Source: a virus
Lineage: Duplodnaviria; Caudoviricetes
Direction: 5' to 3' (one strand)
IMG/VR virus record: IMGVR_UViG_3300032225_001090
Coordinates: 1 to 42,769 of that record
Length of the DNA: 42,769 nt
Both the position numbers and the translations under genes were made by a program. Positions 27,901 to 37,000 of this stretch are shown here, in pieces (position 1 is the first letter of the stretch; each line of letters begins with the position of its first letter). Below the pieces are notes generated by a model. That model was given only the letters and a program-made list of their open reading frames with translations. It had not been told where the DNA came from and ran no database searches.

Positions 27901-28578
27901 AAAATCTATTATTTTTTCAACATTTGTAGACGAAACTAATTTAATTTTATGATAAGATAAAAATTCATTCCCAGAAGCAGAAGGGCTTTGATCAAATGTT
28001 ACAACAAAAGAATCTCCATCCCACGCTCTTGTTACATTTGTAGGTTGATTTGGACCAGAACCAATTAATTGAATTGATTGAATTTCGCTATCAGCAGAAG
28101 ATTTGCCTAAAGTAGAGTATGCAACTAACTTAACATTATAAGTTAACTTGGGTGTTCCTGGAATTAATATTGATCCTGCTTTTTTTAATATTCCTGCAGA
28201 TGCCCATGTTGAATCAGAAGATTTTTTATAAAGAACATCTATATAATCTAAATTAGCAGCATACGGAGTACTTGTATTATCCGTACCTTGCCAATTAACT
28301 TTTATTTTTCCTTGATAAATTGTTAAATCAGAACTAACAAATTTTGGCGGATTTAATGTTTCAAAAGGTAGGGGTATTCTAATTGGTGTTGAATATGGAC
28401 TGATACCATTTCCATCTGGCCCTTTTGTTATATCTTTGTAAAGCCAAGCAAGTTGTATATCTAAATACAATTCAGTAGTAACTGATGGATCTAAATCAAG
28501 TATTGTTACATTATAATAATTGTTATCAATTGGATCTGGCTTAGCGGTATCTTGAAGATCTCCTGGTTTTGCTACCAT
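24931..28578 (-). CDS. FN3-repeat tail fibre / host-specificity protein
   Basis: GLLPNTQYNIAV, GLSASTVYKV, YGTTYYVKL FN3 signatures; G/T-rich shaft. Confidence 0.85.
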   Translation of the reverse strand: MVAKPGDLQDTAKPDPIDNNYYNVTILDLDPSVTTELYLDIQLAWLYKDITKGPDGNGISPYSTPIRIPLPFETLNPPKFVSSDLTIYQGKIKVNWQGTDNTSTPYAANLDYIDVLYKKSSDSTWASAGILKKAGSILIPGTPKLTYNVKLVAYSTLGKSSADSEIQSIQLIGSGPNQPTNVTRAWDGDSFVVTFDQSPSASGNEFLSYHKIKLVSSTNVEKIIDFAVQPTTSQKFSLSASDGNTFFGPQTSLSYSGEVWSVDIFGIESLHSSFTSLGYTSPLTAPTITLTQLVGGYKVAYTDQLTDQAKLVFNNISIEESLTSSTSGFSRVSFGSTNPTTISTGTSIAQRWVRALVYDNVGGYPKNPDQSPLYSNVATVTPKSADITDTTPPGVPSVSAGTTTYNSIPLTITVTDADTKAVYVRYKKSIESIYTYYNLPVVSGSNSYTIKGLLPNTQYNIAVSGGDSFSNYSAYSTDINSTTAVSVPGVATSVTVSALNSGVGILASWTAPASSPTLITKYKVELYKDPAGTNTLQQTQYSFSTNISFSGLSASTVYKVLVYSQDEFGIFASSASSSNFTTNTAGGLSDGLAPSSSPTPTVTPLYGALEVRWTGVTNADTVTYEVHASTTSGFTPSLSTKILEVTGTFAIIKTIGGTALTYGTTYYVKLIAKDVDGSATAGSQGSGAPSAIDNGDIAANAIRANVIQAGTITGNEINGTSLFVSKSFQVGTGGIIYSGTGAVFNNANTGFYLDSAGQFSLKDKLSFTTGGVLTVNGVINADSGDLKGALTVNSGTMKIGKAVQSTNDGIYINANNYWYSSGLFRAGGSGTGITSDGTNVSITSSVTITGTSSITGNLGVTGTIYSGSSATSGNRVVMNTSGIFAYDNSATPLLTTQIISTAAAGGITFATEAARLGSSGQGWTVKTNTIENAAGGGSVKLESSTSNARITVSPAAASSTTGMSASDTYAFWAGAAATSGTSTSLQIAAAPFTVTHAGAIVANSATIRGTIKAESGGFGTYDTSGNLTSGFTLTSGQLSSSTGSLVINGTTGAITGGSITGTTISGGIIQTSSSASERKIVIDSTLSKDAILFKGIASDATTGDGRISVGFGLTLNSSDPSPDGTTFTNAFPSLTMSAPTVTTSGATAYPAKIAMSNSPSGGVMEINATWTRMRGYVELLNGFDYLTQAVRMISAGTATPSSTMGKEGSIYFQIG

Positions 28579-28579
28579 A

Positions 28580-29533
28580 TTAGAAACTCAAATCTAATCT
28601 ATATTGTACTTTAACCTGCCTTCCAGCTAATTTAACTAATTCGCTGGAAAGAACTGATCTACTAATAAGACCAAAATTAGGGTCGAATGTATCCTCATCA
28701 TTTATTCTGAGTGCATCCATATATACTGTTGATTCCGCTGATAATGGGTTAATGATAATTCCAATTGCATTTATTTGAGATAAGTCTGGAGATCCAATTG
28801 GATCACTAAGCATTGCTGATAAATTTATACTATGAATTTTATTACCAGTGCCAGCTGTTGGTGAAAATGTAGCATAATAATATGCAGTATCTGAGCTATA
28901 AAATCTAACTGTAATTGCTTCTAGATTAGAGTCTGCTTTATAATAAGATAAAGATAAAGTATCGTTAATGCTATATCCAGACATATCTATGGTTGAGGTA
29001 GATGTTTTATACTCTCTATTTGATGTTCCATTTGATTTCATTGTTAATACTGTATTTCCAACTCTTGAATAGTCAGAGGTTAATATAACTGGATTTGGAG
29101 ACCAGTCTAATTGATTATCAAAGTAGGTTATAAATTTGCTATCGAAGTCATTTTTAGATGCTCTGGTATTTGGGTATAATCCAATTTCACTAATTCTTCC
29201 AGATATGTCCTGAGGAATTGTAGTGGTATATATTACTGTATAAGAATAAATAGGATTTCCTAGTCCATCCGTTCCACTTTGTTGAATATCAATGCTTCCA
29301 AATTCTACTGGAAGACGATAAAATTCAAAATCTAATCTAGTGCTTTGATTGGTTGGCGTTGTTCCACCACTAATATTTTGTCCACCTACACCAATTGCAA
29401 TATCTTTATTATTAAAATTAACATTTCCTGCCAAAAAATTAGCTATAAATCTTTTACCAAATTGGGTGATGATATTTTTGGAACGACAAATTTCTTTATC
29501 TCCGTCATAGAATACATATGTACCCTTTATCAT
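28580..29533 (-). CDS. Minor tail protein
   Basis: NIITQFG, IAIGVG, LDFEFYR, ISEIGLY; tail operon position. Confidence 0.7.
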   Translation of the reverse strand: MIKGTYVFYDGDKEICRSKNIITQFGKRFIANFLAGNVNFNNKDIAIGVGGQNISGGTTPTNQSTRLDFEFYRLPVEFGSIDIQQSGTDGLGNPIYSYTVIYTTTIPQDISGRISEIGLYPNTRASKNDFDSKFITYFDNQLDWSPNPVILTSDYSRVGNTVLTMKSNGTSNREYKTSTSTIDMSGYSINDTLSLSYYKADSNLEAITVRFYSSDTAYYYATFSPTAGTGNKIHSINLSAMLSDPIGSPDLSQINAIGIIINPLSAESTVYMDALRINDEDTFDPNFGLISRSVLSSELVKLAGRQVKVQYRLDLSF

Positions 29534-29892
29534 GCTGTCCCCTGGCTTCTAATTGCATCAAACCCTGTATCTGATAGGATATCTCCGCTATTATTTTTTA
29601 TTTTAATAACAATTTTAACTCTGGTCTTTCCTGCTAAAGTATATAAAGTTTTGGTAATTGATGCTATGTCATCTGGCTGTGGTCTATCTTTTAAAACTGG
29701 ATCTCCTGGATCACCAACATTTCCAATATCATATGGATTGTATGAAAATGCTCCATTTAAATTCTTTTTTGGCGTTGAAGATCTTATAAATTTAGGATCA
29801 ATATCATAAGCATCTTCTGAAGTATCCCCTAAAACTAAGGGGGCACCATAAGTTATGCTTAAATCACTAACTCTATTTGGATCGTTTACCAT
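29530..29892 (-). CDS. Hypothetical tail-region protein (leaderless promoter)
   Basis: 120 aa; TGGTATAAT-N6-ATG. Confidence 0.7.
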   Translation of the reverse strand: MVNDPNRVSDLSITYGAPLVLGDTSEDAYDIDPKFIRSSTPKKNLNGAFSYNPYDIGNVGDPGDPVLKDRPQPDDIASITKTLYTLAGKTRVKIVIKIKNNSGDILSDTGFDAIRSQGTA

Positions 29893-29911
29893 TTTATCAT
29901 TATACCATTTA

Positions 29912-31645
29912 CTATGCTAAAGATCGACATGTAATTGAGGTCTCCAATCCTTCTGAATAATTATGCCTAATTGATGTTATTATAAACTTTTCGGTACCCG
30001 CCGTCAGCCCTTGGTACGGATAAACAATATTAATTATATCTCCAACGGAAATCAATGGATTGCCAAATACATTTAAATCAATTATACGTCCTTTATTTAA
30101 TGCAGTTCCTTTAATCCAGTTAGCAAGTGATTTAGCATCTTCTTCTGTTTGAATCCAATTAGTTGTAAAGGTTATTGGCTCTTTAGATTTAGAGTCTACT
30201 ACATCTTCTGTAGAGTATTCTAAGTCTCCAGATTTACTTATAGTGTTTCCAAAAGCATAGTAACTTGAATATTGAGAGTCATCTAATGCCACATAAGCAG
30301 AAGAATTATTTAAAACGTATGCCTCTCCGCCAAATGGTGAAAGCTTTGACCCCAATACTTTAACATACTGATTATCTCCAACTGAGAATTTAATTGGCTT
30401 AGCTGGTCTGCTATCAAACTTTACCTTCGTCTTTCTTATTTCTCTGGCCACAGTTCCAAATTCTTCTACTGAGCCAGCCTTTAAAGTAAGTTGATCATTT
30501 GTTAAATTTTGATTATATAACATATCTCCGTATAAAAATGAAAGGGTGTCATTTGAAAATTGTCCTTGGTAAACATTTAATTTACTAGATGTACTTGTTA
30601 TATATTGATTTTCAGTTATTGTCATTGCATATACATAATCAAAATAACTTGAGCCAGCGCCTGATCCCAATGCTACCGTTTTAGTAATTGGAATAAGAGG
30701 ATTACCTTTAGTATTAGAAGTTGAAGGAAATGCAAAAGTATCTACGGCGGTTATTTTAAATCCATTTATATAAGCAACTATTTTTACTTCTGATCCAGAT
30801 ACCTTTACCTTTGCATCTATTGCATAAGCTCTTCCGCCATAAACTCCATTTAAAGAATTTAATACTGTAGTTTGGCTATTTTTAATTTCAGTCATATCTG
30901 AACCAGATACTCTAACAATTCTTACTTCTCTTTTATTAGCTTTGGCAGCAGATGCAGTTGTGTCAATTAAAATATAATAACCAGTATTTCCTTTATCTGA
31001 AATAAAAAATCCAAAACCAGCTGCTTGAACTGGGTTAGTTATAATTTCATCCATATATAAAGTTGTTCCAAATGAATACCATTGAGTTGAAGCATACGAT
31101 GGCTGTTGAACGGTTACACCATTTGGTCCAGCAATTGGAACAGATGTTTGTCCAACTAATGATATATTTGCAAAATCTTTATAGGCCAAAGAGTATGTGT
31201 ATTTTGTTTTGCTAGAATTACTTAATTTTAAAAATGATTTACCAACTGATAAATCTTGAATTCCAACTACAGAATTATTAGCCAATGAAGCAGTTTTAGA
31301 TGCAATTGGTAAAGTATATTCTACTGTAATTGATGATCCATATTTATCTACTGATGATATTGTTCTATGTGCTGTTAATGTAATTAAATAAGTTCCGCCA
31401 GCTGTTAATGAACTTATTGTAATTGGAGTGCTAGCAGATTGAATTTCTGTATATGTTGGAGTTACTGAATTAGATCCAACTCTAATTAATCCATAAGAAA
31501 CTACATAATTTGTAGGAGCAATAGACATATTATAAATATTAGGTTCAATTGAAATTGAATTAAAAGTTGGTTGAGATATTACTGGATTATATATAAAATC
31601 TAATCCTGGATAAGTTCCGCTTTGAATTATGTCTGGTGGATACAT
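29912..31645 (-). CDS. Minor tail protein (tail-tip hub C-terminal part with lectin-like insert)
   Basis: C-terminal WIQTEEDA..FGNPLISVGDII pattern; likely start MYPPD at 31645. Confidence 0.7.
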   Translation of the reverse strand: MYPPDIIQSGTYPGLDFIYNPVISQPTFNSISIEPNIYNMSIAPTNYVVSYGLIRVGSNSVTPTYTEIQSASTPITISSLTAGGTYLITLTAHRTISSVDKYGSSITVEYTLPIASKTASLANNSVVGIQDLSVGKSFLKLSNSSKTKYTYSLAYKDFANISLVGQTSVPIAGPNGVTVQQPSYASTQWYSFGTTLYMDEIITNPVQAAGFGFFISDKGNTGYYILIDTTASAAKANKREVRIVRVSGSDMTEIKNSQTTVLNSLNGVYGGRAYAIDAKVKVSGSEVKIVAYINGFKITAVDTFAFPSTSNTKGNPLIPITKTVALGSGAGSSYFDYVYAMTITENQYITSTSSKLNVYQGQFSNDTLSFLYGDMLYNQNLTNDQLTLKAGSVEEFGTVAREIRKTKVKFDSRPAKPIKFSVGDNQYVKVLGSKLSPFGGEAYVLNNSSAYVALDDSQYSSYYAFGNTISKSGDLEYSTEDVVDSKSKEPITFTTNWIQTEEDAKSLANWIKGTALNKGRIIDLNVFGNPLISVGDIINIVYPYQGLTAGTEKFIITSIRHNYSEGLETSITCRSLA

Positions 31646-33555
31646 TAATACCAACTCACATCGTTTTGCTGCCAGCTAGATAATACATCGTTTGGAGCTT
31701 TACTATGAGGTGCTGGAGTAGTTCCAAACATTCCTCTGCCTTTAATTCTATATCTGCCCGTAGGTTGAAAATATGCAGATGTTGGATCAGTTAAATTTCT
31801 ATATCCAGGCTTAGATAAATACCTATACTTATTTACATCTGATGGAGATGTTATCCAAACATTATATTTTATATTAGATGTGTTTGGATTTCCGCCTACT
31901 AATATTGGTTCGTAAGAATATTCCATTGCATCAAACTCAATTACTTCAGAATCAATTAACAAAAATCCATTATAACTATACAATGCAGTTACATTAGCAT
32001 AATAATCAACTACACTTGGGTTTAAAACAATTTCCATACTAGTATTAGTTATTGTTGCAGCTAGCGCACCTGCACCAAGGTAGGTGGTATCTGATTTCCA
32101 TAATGGACTTGCAGTGCCATAATATTCAGAACTTACTGGAGCATTCCAAATTACAGTTACATAGTTACCAGAGGGTATTTCTCTTTGATTTAATGAAATT
32201 ATATTTGAAAGGTCTGAGCCATCTGTTTCAGATCTAAATGTCCATACAGAATTTTGAGAATACATTTTTTCTCTACTATAAAATTGAAGAATATTATTTT
32301 CATCAAAAAATGCGTTCATTTGAATATCTTGACATAATTCTTGTAAACACTGCCATACAGTTTTTGTATCATCTGTCCACCAGTATTTAATAAATGGTAC
32401 TGATGCATCTTCGGTATTTAAATTAAAATTATAATTAGAAAATCCAACTGCATCTAAAAGTCTTCTTATTACTGCGGTAGCTAAATAGTTATCACATAAT
32501 ATTTCTGGGGCAAAGGTCTCCTGTAAATATTTAGCGCCATCTAGTCCACTTATATTTACTTCATCAAATTCTCCAAGTACCCAAGAACTCATATAAAAAT
32601 TTCCTTGAGGCAAAGAATATGTTGATGCTCCGACAACATTAAAATATGTTTTTATTTCAGCATTTTTAAATAGATATAAAGCATTTTGATCTATTGCATC
32701 TGATCTATTATATTCTTTTATTGTCTTAGATGTATAATTATATTTTGCAATATCCATGGATAATGAATTTGATGTTATGCTTCCAACTGGAATAATTGAT
32801 TCTGCATCTGCACTAGATTCTTTTACAATATCTATTGTTACTATGTCTGAAGTAATATCTTTTACCCATCTAGGAGAAACTTCTATTACTCCTAATACTT
32901 TTCCTCCGCCTGGATTTACTGCAGTAACAGCAAGCTGTCTTATGAGGCTTTGAGAAGTGTATGTAGCAGGCTCTGTAGTAGACCATGTTGATCCATTATA
33001 ATATATTACTGCCTCACCATTTGAATTTAATACGCTATCTGTAACTGTAAATACTGTTGTTCCAGTAGATGTCTTGCCAGTTATTGTGCAAGATGTGGGG
33101 GTGGAATGAAATGTTTCAAATCTAACAATAACTTTATTAGTATAAATATCTTTTGAATAAACTATATTGATTGAAGCATTAGTATTTTTAGGAGTTATCC
33201 AATATTTATAAACAGAATCTTCTCCAGGCAAATAAACTCTTGGCTGGTTGGTTGGATAATTTAATGCTCTAATTGATGAAAAAGATTGGCTAGGAGTATC
33301 TGTATTTCCAGTAGTATATACTAAATATTTAATTCCAGGCTTAATTGGTCTAAATGGTTTAAGCACAGATTTTACTGGAAATGATTTTGAATAAGCATTT
33401 ACACCATTGATAACTGGATAAGAAATTCCTGGAGTTGTTATTACAATATCATCTACCATTGAATTTAGATTATATTCAATAGTCGCAGAGGTATTCATTG
33501 ATATATTATAATTAGATTTAAGAAGTGATTGAAGCGTGGTATCTGTTGAAATCAT
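31645..33555 (-). CDS. Minor tail protein (tail-tip hub N-terminal part)
   Basis: TVWQCLQELC..FFDENNILQF hub-type motif; second gene after tape measure. Confidence 0.7.
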   Translation of the reverse strand: MISTDTTLQSLLKSNYNISMNTSATIEYNLNSMVDDIVITTPGISYPVINGVNAYSKSFPVKSVLKPFRPIKPGIKYLVYTTGNTDTPSQSFSSIRALNYPTNQPRVYLPGEDSVYKYWITPKNTNASINIVYSKDIYTNKVIVRFETFHSTPTSCTITGKTSTGTTVFTVTDSVLNSNGEAVIYYNGSTWSTTEPATYTSQSLIRQLAVTAVNPGGGKVLGVIEVSPRWVKDITSDIVTIDIVKESSADAESIIPVGSITSNSLSMDIAKYNYTSKTIKEYNRSDAIDQNALYLFKNAEIKTYFNVVGASTYSLPQGNFYMSSWVLGEFDEVNISGLDGAKYLQETFAPEILCDNYLATAVIRRLLDAVGFSNYNFNLNTEDASVPFIKYWWTDDTKTVWQCLQELCQDIQMNAFFDENNILQFYSREKMYSQNSVWTFRSETDGSDLSNIISLNQREIPSGNYVTVIWNAPVSSEYYGTASPLWKSDTTYLGAGALAATITNTSMEIVLNPSVVDYYANVTALYSYNGFLLIDSEVIEFDAMEYSYEPILVGGNPNTSNIKYNVWITSPSDVNKYRYLSKPGYRNLTDPTSAYFQPTGRYRIKGRGMFGTTPAPHSKAPNDVLSSWQQNDVSWY

Positions 33556-33556
33556 A

Positions 33557-34030
33557 TTAAACCTCTACCATTGTTAAAGACACATTCCAGTGTGGTTGCT
33601 CTCCTCTTTTTACCACAGTAAAAGAGCAGTTGCTAAACATCACATTGTATTCTTCATAGCCAGAAGATTCCTGGCTTGTTCCATTCTTTGCAAAGTTTAT
33701 TCTAATCTTAAATGCGGTGCGGCCTTCTGTGCTATTATAAAATGATCTTAAATCTTCTGCTCCCCAGGCTCCGTCTACCGTGTATGTCCTATATGATGGT
33801 ATTAAAGTCCATGACAAATCAAAAGATTTTTTGTCCGCTACAAAATACTTTCTTAATGTTCCATTAGCCATTCTTTGAGACTTTTCAATTCTTTCATTAC
33901 TTAAATTAAATTCAGATCTATTGTGCTCTGTAACCTTATTCCAAATTAATGTGGTGCCAGCCGTGGGAGTTGCTAAAAGATCTTTTGCTTCTATAAGGAG
34001 AATGGATCCTTTAGGTAATGTTAATGCCAT
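33557..34030 (-). CDS. Distal tail (Dit-like) protein
   Basis: RMANGTLR, LSW, VSLTMVEV; immediately after tape measure. Confidence 0.7.
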   Translation of the reverse strand: MALTLPKGSILLIEAKDLLATPTAGTTLIWNKVTEHNRSEFNLSNERIEKSQRMANGTLRKYFVADKKSFDLSWTLIPSYRTYTVDGAWGAEDLRSFYNSTEGRTAFKIRINFAKNGTSQESSGYEEYNVMFSNCSFTVVKRGEQPHWNVSLTMVEV

Positions 34031-37000
34031 TATTGTCCACCCCCAAAGGTTCTCTGTACGCCGTTACGTGAATCACGTAATCTCATTTCTCTTGATATTG
34101 CTTGTGCTACATCATTTGGATTTAAATCAGAACCATTAAGAGTAACATTTATATTATACAAAGAATTGCTTGATGTTGCAAGACCGCCAGTTTCAAATTT
34201 CATTCTTGAATTAGATGATCCTGGCACATCAAATCTTGCTGCTAATCCACCTTGAGCCATTCTATTAATTCTATCTAGCATTGGAATACCAGCTGCCTGA
34301 ACAGATTTAGCATTTATAACATATTCACCATTTGAAAGCATTGCTGGAATTGAATCTGATGTTCCATTTCCTGCTCCAAATACTGCACCACCTGAAGCCA
34401 TTTTAACTCTTGCACCTAATTTTTTATTTTTTGAATCATAATAATATGTTCCGCCAACATCATCTACTGCATAATCTTTCCCTCCAAAGGAGAATAGTCT
34501 ATAGTTGGTATCTAGTCCAGCTGGCTGGAATCTACTACGTGATTCAACTGCAGCATTTTTTGAAGCGGCTGCTAGATTTTTACCAGATATAACTGGAATA
34601 CCAGATTGTCCAAATGTAGTTCCTGTTGCTGCATTTGGTCTAGCTGCTGGAGTTCCATCAAGTTTTTTGCCATTAATAATAATATTACCACTGCCCATAA
34701 TAATTCCTTTATCGGACAATGCTTTTGTAATAGCATCACTTGTTTTTGTAGCCAAATCTAATCCAATGTCTGCTGGATTAGTTCCTTTAAAATTATTATA
34801 AAAAGCAGGCGCTACAACTTTAGGAACTGTCACTCCTGCTGTTTTTGAAGTAGATGTTACTAGTGCTGCTCCGCCCCTACCTTCTGCAGTTTTAATATAG
34901 TCTCCTGCAGTTTTATTAGCGTTTTCTGGAAGAGAAAGCCATGCACGTAAATTAAGATTAAATGCAGATATTGCATTATTCACAGCATCAATTTTATCTT
35001 TTTGTGCTTGAATTGCTGGTGCAAGATTAGTTAATTTTTCTCCAGCTAATGCTGCTGCATCTGATAATGCTTGATTAGCTTTATCAAGTGCTTTTAATCT
35101 TTTTTCTAATGGAGCAACATCTGCTGCTCTTTTTTCTTCAATTGCATTTAATCCCGCTTGTTGTTGCTGCTGATTGACAAGGCCCTTTATATCTAATTGA
35201 GCTTGTGCTGCTCCAGATAAATTACCAGAAGCCATCGCATCAGAATACTCAAATTGCTTCTTTTTAATTTGAAGATTCACATCTTCTAGAGAAGCTTGAT
35301 CCTGAAGAGCTTTGCTTCTTGCAGCAGCCTCTTTATTAATTGCATCAATTTTTGCATTAATTGATTCTACTTCTTTGCGAGAATTAATTTGTGCTTGAAC
35401 AGATTGGCCTTTAACAGCTTTATCATATTTTGCTTGTAGGGCTGTTAATCTATCTAATTCTTTATATTGCCCCTTAAGAAGTCCATTTTTATTTTGAGAA
35501 ATTACGCTCTTTTCAATAATTACTGAAGCTTTATATAACGCATCTGTTTGTGCAGAAGTTAATGAGGCAAGGTCTCCAGAGTAACCTTTAGTCTGTAATC
35601 TAATTTTTTGCCATAGGCTAACAACAGTATCTTGTGTATTTGCAAATTCTTTAATAAGAGGATTTTCTTTTGCTAGCTCATTAATTGTTGCTTGAGTTAT
35701 TTTAGTTCCAGCCTGCTTTGAATTATTAATTCTTTCTAATTGTGTTTTTTCAGCATCATACATAGATATAATTTCAGTTTTATGTGTTTTATCTGCTTTA
35801 GCAGCTTTTTCGCTTTTTGCTATTATCTCAGATATACCAGAGTCAATGGCTGTCATGGCAGTGTTTAAAGCCGCTGCTTGTGCCTGTCCGCCCTCTGTAG
35901 TAGTAGACTTACCATAAGAGCTAACTGCACCTATTGCGGCTGTCTGAACGTCTGTTATGCGGTTAAATGATTTATTGCCTACAGTAGCAGAAAGAGCAGA
36001 TGATCCTTTATTAGATAATTTAAACATTGTATAAATCTTTTTAGTTGCATCTTCTGCTGACATACCAGCAGCAATTAATTCTTCCTTTAATCTAGTAGCA
36101 ACCTCACCAGTTTTGTTATCTTTTGTCTGATTAATTAATTTAATCTGATCTCCATAAACTGATTTAACTTCTTTTTTAAGAGCCTTATATTGTTCAATAG
36201 TTAAATTAAGAGGAGTACCTGATGAAGCCATGCTCTCATAAACTAATTGATTTCTTTCTTTAAGTGCCTTCATATTTTCAACAACATCTTTAATCTTTGA
36301 ATTATAGTCAGTATATTTTAGTCCCGCTTTTTGAGCAGCATCTGCTGTTAACCCAAAACCTAATGCATTTAATCTATGCTGTTCCTGAAGATCTTTATAT
36401 CTTTTATAAATTAAAGTAGCAGCAATTGTTCCAGCTCCAACAACTAAGTTTAGTCTAGTCATTCCAAGTGCAAGTCTGCCAAGGACCATTCTCCATTTAC
36501 TTCCGCTTGTAACAGCTTTTTCAACTGCCACTCCATAAGAAGATAATAATTTACCATCAGTGCCTTTTGCTGTAGTACCAATTGCTCTAGTCATTGTATC
36601 TGGAAGTTTAGACATAAGTTTTCCAGATCCCATGCTTCTTCCTCCGCCAAGTACTGCACTAGTAGCTGATTGCCCAATTGGGAAACCAATTAGCATTGAT
36701 ATTATATCTCCACCAGGAACTCCGCTTAATAATTTTGAAAGTAATGCCTGTGCTCCAAATCCTCCAGCCATACTTGCAGCACCTCTTGCTAATCCACCAA
36801 ATCTGTACTTAGGAATTATTCCACCAGAATTGCGTGGTACAAATAGCTCTGGACCTTTCTCTCCAACAACATATGGTTGTCCAGCATTTACTGGTCCACC
36901 CTTTTCTCTTCCCTCAAGTTTAAAAATAAGTTTTTTTAATGAATCTGTTACTGGAGTATCTTTTTTAGATTCCCAATTTAAATATTTTTTCCTTAATATA

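Noticed and set aside
21259-28578. Diversity-generating retroelement target or invertible fibre cassette
   Set aside because: No reverse transcriptase or invertase, and no near-identical nucleotide repeat pair noticed
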